64,000 nt of DNA from Parcubacteria group bacterium (GTDB lineage: Bacteria > Patescibacteriota > Minisyncoccia > UBA6257 > Colwellbacteraceae). The notes beneath the pieces were generated by a model. It was not told the origin of the DNA. It was given only the letters and a program-made list of their open reading frames with translations, and did no database searches. Where the stretch lies: contig JBAZMT010000002.1 in NCBI GenBank assembly GCA_041649615.1, positions 10,017 through 74,016 of the forward strand, given 5' to 3'. Below are positions 46,223 to 55,904 of the stretch, one piece after another (the stretch's first letter is position 1; the number at the start of each line of letters is the position of its first letter). Made by a program: the position numbers and the translations under genes.

Positions 46223-48351
46223 TGTTCAACCATAAGAAACTTTTCTCGGCGAACCTTTTTTGGGAGTTCTTGATAAACGGTTTCGGTAACGAAAGGCATA
46301 AACGGATGAAGCATTTTAAGCGAGCCCAAGAGTATCGTAACGAGCGTTTCCCTTGCCGCCGCGGCATCGCGTTCGTTATCCGATTTGAGGCGGGGCTTTG
46401 ATTCTTCAATCACAACGTCCGCGAAAGTATGCCAGAAATAATGATAAGCGGTTTCGGCCGCGTGATTAAAATCAAATTTTTCAATAAATCGGGATACTTT
46501 GTTCTTGGCTGCTTCCATATCGCGGATATTTTTGCGATCGCGAGCGGATAATTTGGGTTTTTTCTCGGGCTCCGTATAATCCATAAGAACAAAACGGGAA
46601 GCGTTCCAAATTTTGGTCGTAAAGTTTCGGTAGCCGCGGATTTTATCCTCGGAGATTATCGGATCCATTCCCGCGGTATTGCCGATAATCAAAGACATAC
46701 GAAGAGCGTCCATTCCGTAAGTCTCGGCAACTTCCAGAGGATTTATGACGTTTCCCTTTGATTTGGACATTTTCTGCCTGTCTTTGTCGCGAACGAGGCC
46801 GTGGAGATAAACGGTCTTGAAAGGAACTTTGCCGGTTCGGTAAATTCCGAACATTATCATTCGCATAACCCAAAAAGGAAGAATATCCCAACCGGTTTCC
46901 ATAACGTCTGTCGGATAGAATTTTTGGAAGTCTCCTCTCTTCGTCATAAGCGTGGCAAAAGGCCACTGTCCTGACGAAAACCAGGTATCAAAAACGTCTT
47001 CTTCGGCTTTAAAATTATTACTGTTGCATTCCGGACATTTTTCGGGAACAGGCTCGCTTATGATGACGTGGTCATTTTCGCAATACCAAACGGGGATTCT
47101 TATCCCCCAGACTATCTGGCGGGAAATATTCCAGTCGCGAAGATTCATTAGCCAGTGCATAAGCACTTTTCCGAAACGCGCGGGAATGATTTTTATTTTT
47201 CCGCTTTTAACGGCGTTAACGGCGAGATCGCGGAGAGATTTTCCTTTCGCGGGCGCATCCGTCATACGAACGAACCATTGCATCATAACGCGCGGTTCAA
47301 TAACCGAACCGCATTTATAGCAAACGGCGACTTCATGGGAATATTCTTCTTCTTTGATCAGCTTATTTCCCAGAAGTTCAAGCGATTTGTCTCTAGCTTC
47401 TTTAATTTTTAAGTCTCTAAGTTCTTTGCCCGCTTCATCGGTCAATTTACCGTAGCGATCGATAACGGAAACGGGCAAGTCGGGAATTTCTTTTTTGTGA
47501 GCGACCCAAATGTTAAAGTCGGCGGAATCGTGATAAGGCGTTATCTTCAAAGCACCCGTTCCGAAATCGGGATCAACCGATGCGTCGGAAATGACGGGAA
47601 TCGGTTTGCCAGTGATAGGGTTCAACACGTTTTTACCGACAAATTCTTTAAATCGGGATTTGGGATGAACGGCAACGGCCACGTCCGCCGGAATGGTTTC
47701 GGGACGAACGGTCGCTATTTCAACGAATCCATTACCGTCTTCCAAAGAGTATTTTACGTAGTAAAGTTTGTCGGCGCGTTCTTCGTGCTTGATTTCCAAG
47801 TCGGATAAAGTCGTCTGGTGTTTAACGCACCAATTGACCGGACGTTCGGCGCGATAAACGAGACCGTCTTTATAAAGGCTCTCAAACGTTTCATAAACGA
47901 TATCCTTAATATCCTCGTCAAGAGTGAATTTTTCTCTTGACCAATCGCAGCTGCTCCCTAGCTTCCGAAGCTGGCTCTCCATATATTGCTTGTTTTCCAG
48001 CGTGAATTTTTTGATCTCGTCGTACAGATCTTTCTTGGGAACATCCCAGAAAGAACGTCCTTCGCGCTCCAATTTTTTGTTGTAAACCACTTGAGTTTCA
48101 AAACCGGCATGGTCCGCTCCCGGGAGCCAAAGAGCTTTTCGGCCGCGCATCCGGTAATAGCGGATCATAATGTCTTCAAGCGTTACGAATAAGGCGTGCC
48201 CGATATGCAGGGATCCGTTCGCGTTCGGAGGGGGCATAATAATCGTAAAGGGCTTGCCTGACAGATTATCCGGATTGAAAAAGCCGGAATTTTCCCAGCT
48301 TTCGTAAATTTCCGCCTCGGAGCGATTATGATCGTAGCGCGTATCCATCAA
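46213..48351 (-). CDS. valS: valyl-tRNA synthetase (short form lacking the C-terminal coiled coil)
   Basis: 'PPPNANGSLHIGHA' (HIGH), 'KMSKSKGNVI'; 712 aa. Confidence 0.9.
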   Translation of the reverse strand: MMDTRYDHNRSEAEIYESWENSGFFNPDNLSGKPFTIIMPPPNANGSLHIGHALFVTLEDIMIRYYRMRGRKALWLPGADHAGFETQVVYNKKLEREGRSFWDVPKKDLYDEIKKFTLENKQYMESQLRKLGSSCDWSREKFTLDEDIKDIVYETFESLYKDGLVYRAERPVNWCVKHQTTLSDLEIKHEERADKLYYVKYSLEDGNGFVEIATVRPETIPADVAVAVHPKSRFKEFVGKNVLNPITGKPIPVISDASVDPDFGTGALKITPYHDSADFNIWVAHKKEIPDLPVSVIDRYGKLTDEAGKELRDLKIKEARDKSLELLGNKLIKEEEYSHEVAVCYKCGSVIEPRVMMQWFVRMTDAPAKGKSLRDLAVNAVKSGKIKIIPARFGKVLMHWLMNLRDWNISRQIVWGIRIPVWYCENDHVIISEPVPEKCPECNSNNFKAEEDVFDTWFSSGQWPFATLMTKRGDFQKFYPTDVMETGWDILPFWVMRMIMFGIYRTGKVPFKTVYLHGLVRDKDRQKMSKSKGNVINPLEVAETYGMDALRMSLIIGNTAGMDPIISEDKIRGYRNFTTKIWNASRFVLMDYTEPEKKPKLSARDRKNIRDMEAAKNKVSRFIEKFDFNHAAETAYHYFWHTFADVVIEESKPRLKSDNERDAAAARETLVTILLGSLKMLHPFMPFVTETVYQELPKKVRREKFLMVEHWQ

Positions 48352-48374
48352 CTCTGATTTTGCTTTATTTGGCC

Positions 48375-49445
48375 TTATGTCGCAAGGTTTCCGTCCGCCG
48401 CGAGTTTTCGTTTAACGCCTTTCAAATCTTCGATGTAACTTGAAACGGCGATCATTGCGGCATTGTCGGTACTTAAGCTTTTTCCCGGCGCGAGAAAAGG
48501 AATTTTTCTTTTTTTGGCCTCGCGCGCGAATTCGCTACGCAACAATTTATTTGCGGAAACGCCTCCCGAAATGGCTATTGAACGACAAGTATGATTATCC
48601 ACCGCGCGAAAGGATTTTATAACCAGACAATCAATAATCGCTTTCTCATAACTTGCGGCGATGTCGGCCTGAAATCCGGACGCGAGATTTTTGTTTTTGC
48701 CGATAATGGAATCTTTATTTATTTCTTTCCAATTCGCTTTATTACTGCCTTTTAATTTGTAGAGAAGAGAAGTTTTAAGTCCGGCGAAACTGAAATCGTA
48801 ATTTTTCTGGCCGACCATGGGACGGGGAAAATCAAAGGCATTTGCGTTTCCCTTAAGGGCCAGACGTTCCAATTCGGGACCTCCGGGATAAGGAAGACCC
48901 AAGAGGCGCGCTCCCTTATCAAGCGCTTCGCCCGCGGCATCGTCTCTCGTTTCACCAATTTTTTTAACGGCTCCTAGATTATCAAGTTTAAAAAGAATGG
49001 TATGTCCTCCCGAAACGACGAGCGCAATCATCGGAAAGAGTTTTTTATATTTTTTGGGATTAGACAGAAGAAAACTGTATAAATGTCCCTTAATGTGATT
49101 TGCGGCAAAAACATGCCTGCCGGTTTCTTTTCCGAGCGCTCGAGCGAATTCAATGCCCGTCCAAAGAGCCGGTTCAAGACCCGGACCGGCGGTTACGGCT
49201 ATAAAATCGCTATTTTTAAATTCGGGGATGGGCGTGAAGCGTTTTATCATAAGGGGCAGCGCCCGACCGTGTTCCCGCTTTGCGATATTAGGCACTACGC
49301 CTCCGAATTGTTTGTGAATGGCAATCTGCGATAAAACGGCGCTTTTAATGATTTTAAAGCGGGGGTTTGCAAGTTTACCCTTTGCTTCTACAAGCGCCAT
49401 AGCCGTTTCATCGCAGCTCGTTTCTACTGAGAAAATAAGAGACAT
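48375..49445 (-). CDS. tsaD: tRNA N6-threonylcarbamoyladenosine synthase TsaD/Kae1
   Basis: 'SVETSCDETA' N-terminal signature and ASKHA fold. The ORF-track N-terminal extension is rejected; start placed at Met 'MSLIFSVE'. Confidence 0.85.
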   Translation of the reverse strand: MSLIFSVETSCDETAMALVEAKGKLANPRFKIIKSAVLSQIAIHKQFGGVVPNIAKREHGRALPLMIKRFTPIPEFKNSDFIAVTAGPGLEPALWTGIEFARALGKETGRHVFAANHIKGHLYSFLLSNPKKYKKLFPMIALVVSGGHTILFKLDNLGAVKKIGETRDDAAGEALDKGARLLGLPYPGGPELERLALKGNANAFDFPRPMVGQKNYDFSFAGLKTSLLYKLKGSNKANWKEINKDSIIGKNKNLASGFQADIAASYEKAIIDCLVIKSFRAVDNHTCRSIAISGGVSANKLLRSEFAREAKKRKIPFLAPGKSLSTDNAAMIAVSSYIEDLKGVKRKLAADGNLAT

Positions 49446-49526
49446 ATATAGGGAAATAATTATCCCAAACGTCCCTAAAATCAATTTCTTGACGATAGGG
49501 CGGAAACGCAAGAATATATAAGTAAA

Positions 49527-50849
49527 ATGGAAGAGAAAAGGATATATATGGACTATGCGGCAACCGCGCCGGTAGACAGTCAAGTATTATCGGAGATGAT
49601 GCCGTATTTTTCCGAGAATTTCGGGAATCCTTCGTCGGTTCACGAATTTGGCGAAGAGGCACAAAAGGGGGTCGTAAAAGCGAGACAACAAATAGCCGAA
49701 TTCTTGGGATGTGATACTTCGGAAATTCTTTTTACAAGTGGAGCGACCGAAGGGAACAATACGGTCGTAAAAGGAATTGCGATGTCCCGGAAAATATGGG
49801 ACGAGCGAGAAGGAAAGCCGCACATAATAGTGACGGATATTGAACATGATTGCGTGCTTGAGTCGGCGAAAAGAGTTGCGAGAGACGGTCTTGCCGAAGT
49901 TTCGTTCGTGCCGGTTCAAAATGACGGTCGAGTAAACATAGAGACAATAAAAAGTCTTATTCGACCCGAAACGGCGCTTGTTTCCGTAATGTATGCCAAT
50001 AACGAAACCGGCGCGATACAGCCGATCAGGGAAATCGGAAAAATGATAGCGGAGTTGAATGCCACGGGAAGAAAAAGAATTTATTTTCATTCGGATTCCG
50101 CTCAGGCGGCGAATTATCTGGACTGCAACGTAAATAACTTACAGGTGGATTTACTTACCATTTCAGCGCACAAGATATACGGGCCGAAAGGAATAGGAGT
50201 GCTTTATGTAAGGAAGGGAACGCCGCTTGCGAAATTCATGGACGGCGGAGAACAGGAATACAAATTAAGGGCGGGAACGCATAACACGCCGGGAATAGTC
50301 GGTTTCGGAAGCGCCGTCTCAAGAATTAAGGATTACGCGGCAAAAAACGAAGAAATAAGGGTCTTAAGAGATAAGCTGATAGACGGAATACTTTCTTCGG
50401 TATCTCGTTCGGCATTGAACGGTCCGAAAGAAAACAGGTTGCCTAATAATGCGAATATCAGGTTTGAAGGAGCCGAGGGAGAAGCAATACTTGTGATGTT
50501 AAGCCAGGCCGGAATATCAGTTTCAACCGGTTCGGCTTGCGCGGCAAAATCTTTATCTCCTTCGCACGTTTTGAAAGCGATGGGAATGAGCGATCTTGAC
50601 GCGCACAGTTCAATCAGATTTTCTTTGGGAAGAGGAACGACAGCGGAAGACGTAAATTACGTGATATCCGTGTTACCGGGAATAATAGAAAAACTTCGCA
50701 GTGTTAGCGGAAGTTTCGGCGAACCGGCAAAGCAACCCTCTTCCGAAACAAACATGTTTTATAGCGATGACGTGCTTGATCGCGGAGGACTGCCCGCGGA
50801 TTTGGGATGTGAGAAGAACAGGAAAACGGGAGAGATAAAAGAAGAATAA
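49527..50849 (+). CDS. iscS: cysteine desulfurase IscS/NifS
   Basis: 'IYMDYAATAP', 'SAHKIYGPKG'. Confidence 0.85.
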   Translation: MEEKRIYMDYAATAPVDSQVLSEMMPYFSENFGNPSSVHEFGEEAQKGVVKARQQIAEFLGCDTSEILFTSGATEGNNTVVKGIAMSRKIWDEREGKPHIIVTDIEHDCVLESAKRVARDGLAEVSFVPVQNDGRVNIETIKSLIRPETALVSVMYANNETGAIQPIREIGKMIAELNATGRKRIYFHSDSAQAANYLDCNVNNLQVDLLTISAHKIYGPKGIGVLYVRKGTPLAKFMDGGEQEYKLRAGTHNTPGIVGFGSAVSRIKDYAAKNEEIRVLRDKLIDGILSSVSRSALNGPKENRLPNNANIRFEGAEGEAILVMLSQAGISVSTGSACAAKSLSPSHVLKAMGMSDLDAHSSIRFSLGRGTTAEDVNYVISVLPGIIEKLRSVSGSFGEPAKQPSSETNMFYSDDVLDRGGLPADLGCEKNRKTGEIKEE

Positions 50850-50853
50850 AGAT

Positions 50854-51216
50854 ATGTATTCAAAAGAAGTAATGGAGCATTTTCAGAACCCGAGAAATAT
50901 GGGGGCTTTGGAAAATCCGGAAGCGGTTGGAAACGTGGGAAACCCCGTTTGCGGGGACATGATGAAGATTTATTTGAAGATTAAAGACGGAGTGATAAAA
51001 GATATCGGGTTTGAAACTTTAGGATGTGTCGCGGCGATTGCCACCTCGTCAATGATAACCGAACTTGCGAAGGGGAAAACTTTGGAAGAGGCGGAAAAAA
51101 TTGAATTTAAAGACGTTGAGCACGCGCTTGGTTCTTTACCGCCTATTAAAATGCACTGCGCCGATTTATCAGTTCAGGCATTAAGGAAGGCAATAAAGGA
51201 GTATAGGGAAAATTAG
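50854..51216 (+). CDS. iscU: Fe-S cluster assembly scaffold (NifU/IscU N-terminal domain)
   Basis: 'NPVCGDMMK...GCVAAIATS...HCADL' three conserved Cys. Confidence 0.85.
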   Translation: MYSKEVMEHFQNPRNMGALENPEAVGNVGNPVCGDMMKIYLKIKDGVIKDIGFETLGCVAAIATSSMITELAKGKTLEEAEKIEFKDVEHALGSLPPIKMHCADLSVQALRKAIKEYREN

Positions 51217-51250
51217 AATCTGCGAAAAAAGAGTTTTATTTTTTTATGTA

Positions 51251-51286
51251 ATCTGTAATTAGTGACGATCGTCACTAATTACAGAT
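51251..51286. terminator. 36-nt palindrome after iscU (near-identical to the one at 22258-22289), followed by a T-rich run
   Basis: ATCTGTAATTAGTGAC-GATC-GTCACTAATTACAGAT. Confidence 0.55.
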
Positions 51287-51370
51287 TTTCAAAATTTCCA
51301 TCATTTGGCGAATTTATCAATAAGTTGCGAAAACAGGTGGTTTTTGGCAATATTCTTGACGTATATATGG

Positions 51371-51442
51371 GGCCCTATCGTCTAGTGGTTAGGACATCAG
51401 GTTTTCATCCTGGTAACAGGGGTTCGATTCCCCTTAGGGCTG
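51371..51442 (+). tRNA. tRNA-Glu (UUC)
   Basis: GGCCCTA-TC-GTCTAGTGGTTAGGAC-A-TCAGG-TTTTCAT-CCTGG-TAAC-AGGGG-TTCGATT-CCCCT-TAGGGCT-G; closely resembles E. coli tRNA-Glu as recalled. Confidence 0.85.
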
Positions 51443-51500
51443 CGTGCAAAGATTTTTTGAAATTCTGCCGGGGGCGCTTGCTTGGACGACCATAATCGCA

Positions 51501-52949
51501 ATGTTTTTCGTTTCGTGGCTTTTTCCCGTTGAAACGGCGATATTCATCATTCTTTTTGACATCTACTTCTTGCTTCGGACGATTCACTTTGCGATACACC
51601 TGGGTTTCGGGTATCGGGAAATGAAGAGGACGCAAAAAATAAACTGGCTGGAACGAACGAAAGAGTTGCCAGAAAGAAACGGGAAAAAGTGGAGCGATAT
51701 GTATCACCTTGTGATTTTCCCCATGTATAAGGAATCTTTGTCCGTCGTGAGAGAGAGTTTTAATTCGCTTTTGAAAACGAATTATCCGCTAGACCGGTTT
51801 ATCGTGGTTCTTTCCGGCGAAGAAAGAGCGGGAGAAGAGACGAGAGAACTAATAGATAAAATAAAAGAAGAATATGACGGGAAATTTTTCAGACTTTTTA
51901 CGACTATACATCCGAGCGATTTGCCGAACGAGATTCCGGGAAAAGGATCAAACGAAACTTGGGCGGCGAGAAGCGTAAAAGAGAAGGTAATAGATAAAGA
52001 AAATATTCCTTACGAGAATATTTTGGTTTCCACTTTTGACATAGATACGCAAGTTTTTCCCGATTATTTCGGCCGTCTGACTTGCGCTTACTTCACGGCG
52101 GAATATCCAGATAGAAGCAGCTACCAGCCGGTTGTGTTTTTTATAAACAATATTTACGAAGCTCCGATATTTGCGCGGATCGTGGCTTTTTCAACGACTT
52201 TTTGGAACATAATGAGCCAGGTCAGGCCGGAGAAGCTTATAACTTTTTCATCGCACTCAATGCCTTTCAAAGCGCTCGTGGAAATCGGATTTTGGATGAC
52301 AAATCACGTTTCGGAAGATTCCCTTATTTTTTGGCAGTGTTTTTTGCATTACAACGGCGACTGGAGAACGATTCCTTTGAATTATCCCGTATCAATGGAT
52401 GCGAACGTGGCGCCGACTTTTTGGCGAACGATGAAAAACATCTACAAGCAACAAAGAAGATGGGCGTGGGGATGCGAAAACATTCCATACGTTTTCGGAG
52501 GATTCATCAAAAACAAAAAGATAGCCATCCGACAGAAAATATATTGGGTGTATCAACACATAGATATTTATTGGGGATGGGCGACTAACGCCTTGATAAT
52601 TCTTTTGCTCGGCAGGTTGCCTCTTATTCTCGGAGGCGAAAGTTTTAACAAGACGATTCTTTCGTATCAGTTGCCGCAACTTACAAGCACTTTCATGAAC
52701 TTGGCGGTCGTGGGTATCATCACTTCGGCAATAATTTCGGTTGCGATTCTGCCGCCGAAGCCGGAAGGTTTCCGGTGGTATCACTACTTTTTATTTGTCG
52801 TGCAGTGGCTGTTGTTACCGATAAACTTGATAGTATTTAGCGCCATACCGGGACTTGATTCGCAAACGAGAATGATGCTTGGCGGCAAATTCCGGCTTGG
52901 ATTTTGGGTAACACCGAAGGCAAGAAAAGGAGAAAATTTACGAGAGTAA
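51501..52949 (+). CDS. membrane-embedded family-2 glycosyltransferase (processive, cellulose/chitin-synthase-like)
   Basis: N- and C-terminal TM helices; cytosolic domain with 'FDIDTQ' (DxD), 'SEDSLIFW' (ED) and 'KQQRRWAWG' (QxxRW). Start placed after the tRNA at ATG 51501; the GTG at 51444 would abut the tRNA. Confidence 0.65.
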   Translation: MFFVSWLFPVETAIFIILFDIYFLLRTIHFAIHLGFGYREMKRTQKINWLERTKELPERNGKKWSDMYHLVIFPMYKESLSVVRESFNSLLKTNYPLDRFIVVLSGEERAGEETRELIDKIKEEYDGKFFRLFTTIHPSDLPNEIPGKGSNETWAARSVKEKVIDKENIPYENILVSTFDIDTQVFPDYFGRLTCAYFTAEYPDRSSYQPVVFFINNIYEAPIFARIVAFSTTFWNIMSQVRPEKLITFSSHSMPFKALVEIGFWMTNHVSEDSLIFWQCFLHYNGDWRTIPLNYPVSMDANVAPTFWRTMKNIYKQQRRWAWGCENIPYVFGGFIKNKKIAIRQKIYWVYQHIDIYWGWATNALIILLLGRLPLILGGESFNKTILSYQLPQLTSTFMNLAVVGIITSAIISVAILPPKPEGFRWYHYFLFVVQWLLLPINLIVFSAIPGLDSQTRMMLGGKFRLGFWVTPKARKGENLRE

Positions 52950-52975
52950 AACCGGTTTTGTATAATTACTAGGTA

Positions 52976-53503
52976 ATGAGCAATAAGAGGATTTTTATTA
53001 TCGGCGGGATAGTTATTTTCGCTTTTCTCGTTGTGGTCGGGATTCTTTATTATTTTGGCAATAACTCCAGGGGAAAATTGGGCGGAGAATCAACGGGAGA
53101 CGCTTTTCTTGAAGAACTTGAAAACATTCCGGTGCCGGAGATGGGAGAAACGCCCTCAAATGAATCGGTTGCCGTTCCAGTCTCCGTAAGAGAAGCGGTA
53201 GAAGGGGCGAGCGAACAAATCAGATCTTTTCTTGTCAGCGTAGAGAAAGAGAAATTTACGCCGTCCATAGTTTCGGTAAATAAGAACGACACGGTACACA
53301 TTAATTTCACGGCGGTAGACGATGATTATGACGTGGTCGTTCCGGATTACGGGTTAAGTCAGAGGATGAGGAGAGGAGAAACAAAGACAATTGAATTTAG
53401 GGCGGAAACGGAAGGAACACACGTTTATTATTGCGAATCGTGCGGAGGATTGGACTCTCAAGCAAAAGGGTACATCGTGGTTAAATCATCCACACCCAAC
53501 TAG
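52976..53503 (+). CDS. membrane-anchored hypothetical protein with a beta-rich, possibly cupredoxin-like, C-terminal domain
   Basis: N-terminal TM; 'HVYYCESCGG' Cys-containing block. Cu ligands not canonical. Confidence 0.35.
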   Translation: MSNKRIFIIGGIVIFAFLVVVGILYYFGNNSRGKLGGESTGDAFLEELENIPVPEMGETPSNESVAVPVSVREAVEGASEQIRSFLVSVEKEKFTPSIVSVNKNDTVHINFTAVDDDYDVVVPDYGLSQRMRRGETKTIEFRAETEGTHVYYCESCGGLDSQAKGYIVVKSSTPN

Positions 53504-53530
53504 TAAATGAGAATGATATAATTAAATCGG

Positions 53531-54259
53531 ATGAGGAAGATCGCGTTTTTGATTTTCGCCGTTATGGGGATCGCTGTATTTTCTGCGGCGCCGGTTTTGG
53601 CTTGGACCAATCCAGCAGCTAATCCGGCAACGGGAGGAGGAGCGGTAACGGCGGAACAGAATGCTCCAGCAAGTTCCATTCTTATAAAGAACACAGGCGG
53701 AGTTTGGATTAATACGACGACGGATACGAGGCCTCTTGTGATTTCGCGCAATGGAACCGATAGCGAGCGGATAAATATCGGGATAACGGACGGCACAACA
53801 AATTTCTATTACAAAAATGACGAGGCGGTAGGTTCGATCTCCTTTAGAATTCAAAATACGGACACCGAGACGGGAGGAGGGGCGGCGGCGAATGATAATG
53901 TGATAATGACCATCTTGGGCGGCGGAGCAAGTTACGATAACGGTCGCGTCGGTATAGGTACTGCCAGTCCTTCATATAAATTGTCCGTAGCGGGTTGGAT
54001 CCAATCAACTACCGGCGGGTTTAGGTTTCCTGATGGAACAACCCAGACAACGGCTGCCAGCAGTTCTACCGTAAACGCGGCGAATGTTTCTGCGGGAACG
54101 TTCGGGGACAACACGGGAGGAGGTATTTATCTTTTCCCCTCAAATATCGGATTTAAGAGCGGTGTAAGCTCGTTTACGATACGGCCCATAAGCACTACGT
54201 CTATGGGAATTTATGATAGCGCGGGAGCGCAAGTGCTTGTTCTAGACGAAGGAACATAG
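53531..54259 (+). CDS. secreted Gly/Thr/Ser-rich repeat protein (tail-fibre/beta-helix-like motif)
   Basis: Signal peptide; 'GRVGIGTASPSYKLSVAGWI' resembles a motif common in phage tail-fibre-like and adhesin proteins. Recall-based. Confidence 0.45.
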   Translation: MRKIAFLIFAVMGIAVFSAAPVLAWTNPAANPATGGGAVTAEQNAPASSILIKNTGGVWINTTTDTRPLVISRNGTDSERINIGITDGTTNFYYKNDEAVGSISFRIQNTDTETGGGAAANDNVIMTILGGGASYDNGRVGIGTASPSYKLSVAGWIQSTTGGFRFPDGTTQTTAASSSTVNAANVSAGTFGDNTGGGIYLFPSNIGFKSGVSSFTIRPISTTSMGIYDSAGAQVLVLDEGT

Positions 54260-54335
54260 TTTTGTCTGTTGCCGTTTTTCAGAACCGACGTTCTCTGTCT
54301 CCAGCGAGAAGAGCCGTCTACCTCTCGGGCTTTTG

Positions 54336-54358
54336 CCCGATTTTTTAAAAAAATCGGG
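54336..54358. terminator. perfect AT-loop palindrome (probable terminator)
   Basis: CCCGATTTTTT-A-AAAAAATCGGG. Confidence 0.4.
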
Positions 54359-54446
54359 ACCGCACCAAAAGCCCTCCGACAGTTTCCTCAAAACAACAAC
54401 AGTACAAAACGTAAAGGGGGTTGGAAAAAAATAGTGTAAAATTGAA

Positions 54447-55193
54447 TTGATGGCTTTTGTTTGGGACGAGTTGAAGGAACTAAAAAGAATTTTTATTCCG
54501 TGGGTTTATATATTCGGGGTTTTGGGAATAGGATTTTTTTCGGTACCTGTTTTAGAAGGTAAAACGATCGCGGCGGAGGCATTCTTGCAAATGAAAAGCA
54601 TGCTCGTGCCGAAGGAAGTGGAATTTATCGTTACCGAGCCGGTTTCGGCGTTCGTGGTGCAAGTGGGCATCGCGCTTATGATCTCTTTTATTCTCACTTC
54701 GCCTTTTTTCTTTTACAGGCTAGCCAAATACATTTCGGGGGCGCTTTACGACAAAGAAAGAAGAACGTTACGAAAATTGTTTTTACCGGCGGCATTTCTT
54801 TTCGCGGCGGGGGCGGTATTCGGCTATTTCATAATCTTGCCGCCCACTTTTAAAATCCTTTACGAATATGCGGGGAATATCGGAGCAAAACCCTTCTTTT
54901 CCGTATCCGATTTTGCCGTTTTTACGCTTGGATTCACCTTCGCCTGCGGGATAATGTTTCTTCTGCCCGTGGCGATGGGAATCCTGAATTTCGTAGGGGT
55001 TACTAATAGAGCCATGTGGAAGAAAAACTGGCGTTACGCTTTCTTAATTTTTCTAATCGTGTCTGCTATAATTACGCCAGATGGAAGCGGGGTTACGATG
55101 ATAATGCTTTCATTGCCCTTGACCGGACTTTATTTTGTAGGCTCGGTCGCGGGTGGTAACGGTCGAAAACAAACTAAAAAGGATAAAAAATAA
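54447..55193 (+). CDS. tatC: twin-arginine translocase subunit TatC
   Basis: Six TM helices; 'ITPDGSG' TatC motif. Confidence 0.85.
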   Translation: MMAFVWDELKELKRIFIPWVYIFGVLGIGFFSVPVLEGKTIAAEAFLQMKSMLVPKEVEFIVTEPVSAFVVQVGIALMISFILTSPFFFYRLAKYISGALYDKERRTLRKLFLPAAFLFAAGAVFGYFIILPPTFKILYEYAGNIGAKPFFSVSDFAVFTLGFTFACGIMFLLPVAMGILNFVGVTNRAMWKKNWRYAFLIFLIVSAIITPDGSGVTMIMLSLPLTGLYFVGSVAGGNGRKQTKKDKK

Positions 55194-55194
55194 A

Positions 55195-55374
55195 ATGGGT
55201 TTCACAGAACTAGCGATAATAGTTGTTCTTGCAATAATTGTTTTCTTTGGCGGCAAAAAAATAGCCGAGCTTGCGAGGTCGGCCGGTCGCGCTTCGGCTG
55301 AATTCAAGAAAGGAAAGCTAGAGGCGGAGAAGGAAGTCAAAGACTTGATGAAAGACAATGAAGGCAAAAAATAA
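55195..55374 (+). CDS. tatA: twin-arginine translocase subunit TatA/E
   Basis: 'MGFTELAIIVVLAIIVFFGGKKIAELARSAGRASAEFKKG' TatA TM helix plus amphipathic helix. Confidence 0.8.
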   Translation: MGFTELAIIVVLAIIVFFGGKKIAELARSAGRASAEFKKGKLEAEKEVKDLMKDNEGKK

Positions 55375-55615
55375 GACAAACGAAAAAAGAAGAAAATTTC
55401 TGAAGCTCTTGGCTTTTGGCGGAATTGCGCTCGTAGCGGCAAAACTTTTCGGGAATAAACTAACGGCTTTAGCGGCTCCCGTTTCCGCTTTGCCGAAGAA
55501 AAAAGAAAGCCAAAAAACGTTCGGGGACAAAGTAAATATGATTGAGGACGACAAGCAAGTGGCTTTCATTGATAAGAGAACGGGAGAAGAAATATTTATT
55601 TTAGAAAAAGACTAA
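55358..55615 (+). CDS. small protein with a twin-arginine (Tat) signal peptide
   Basis: 'EKRRKFLKLLAFGGIALVAAKLFG' matches the Tat RRxFLK consensus followed by a hydrophobic core. Overlaps the tatA 3' end and is translationally coupled to the next gene. Confidence 0.5.
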   Translation: MKAKNKTNEKRRKFLKLLAFGGIALVAAKLFGNKLTALAAPVSALPKKKESQKTFGDKVNMIEDDKQVAFIDKRTGEEIFILEKD

Positions 55616-55616
55616 A

Positions 55617-55904
55617 ATGGCAATTAAAATATCCAAAAACAGGCTGGATATGGACAGCAAACCGATCAAGAATTCGGGACGCATAGACGCGACCGAAATT
55701 CACGGGATAGTTTATTACACGGACGTTCATTTTGAGGAAAAAGAATGCGCCGTTTGCGGAGCGCGTTTTAAGCCCGGAGACGGAATTGCGCTTTATGTCA
55801 GGAGAGTAACCGCGAAAGGAACCGATCTGATCCCGGCCCACATAGATTGTTTTTGCTGCGAGACAAAGAAAGGTCAATCAAAAAAGAAAATAAAAAAAAG
55901 ATAA
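55617..55904 (+). CDS. small Cys-containing hypothetical protein (zinc-ribbon-like)
   Basis: 'CAVCG...CFCC'; its stop overlaps the next start (TAATG). Confidence 0.4.
   Translation: MAIKISKNRLDMDSKPIKNSGRIDATEIHGIVYYTDVHFEEKECAVCGARFKPGDGIALYVRRVTAKGTDLIPAHIDCFCCETKKGQSKKKIKKR

Noticed and set aside
48375-49583. 46-codon N-terminal extension of the tsaD ORF
   Set aside because: TsaD/Kae1 proteins begin at the 'ETSCD' motif, and the extension has no homologue-like features. Start moved to about 49445.
51262-51707. 77-aa (+) and 100-aa (-) ORFs
   Set aside because: Both overlap tRNA-Glu(UUC) or the palindromic terminator. The GT2 gene is better started at ATG 51501.
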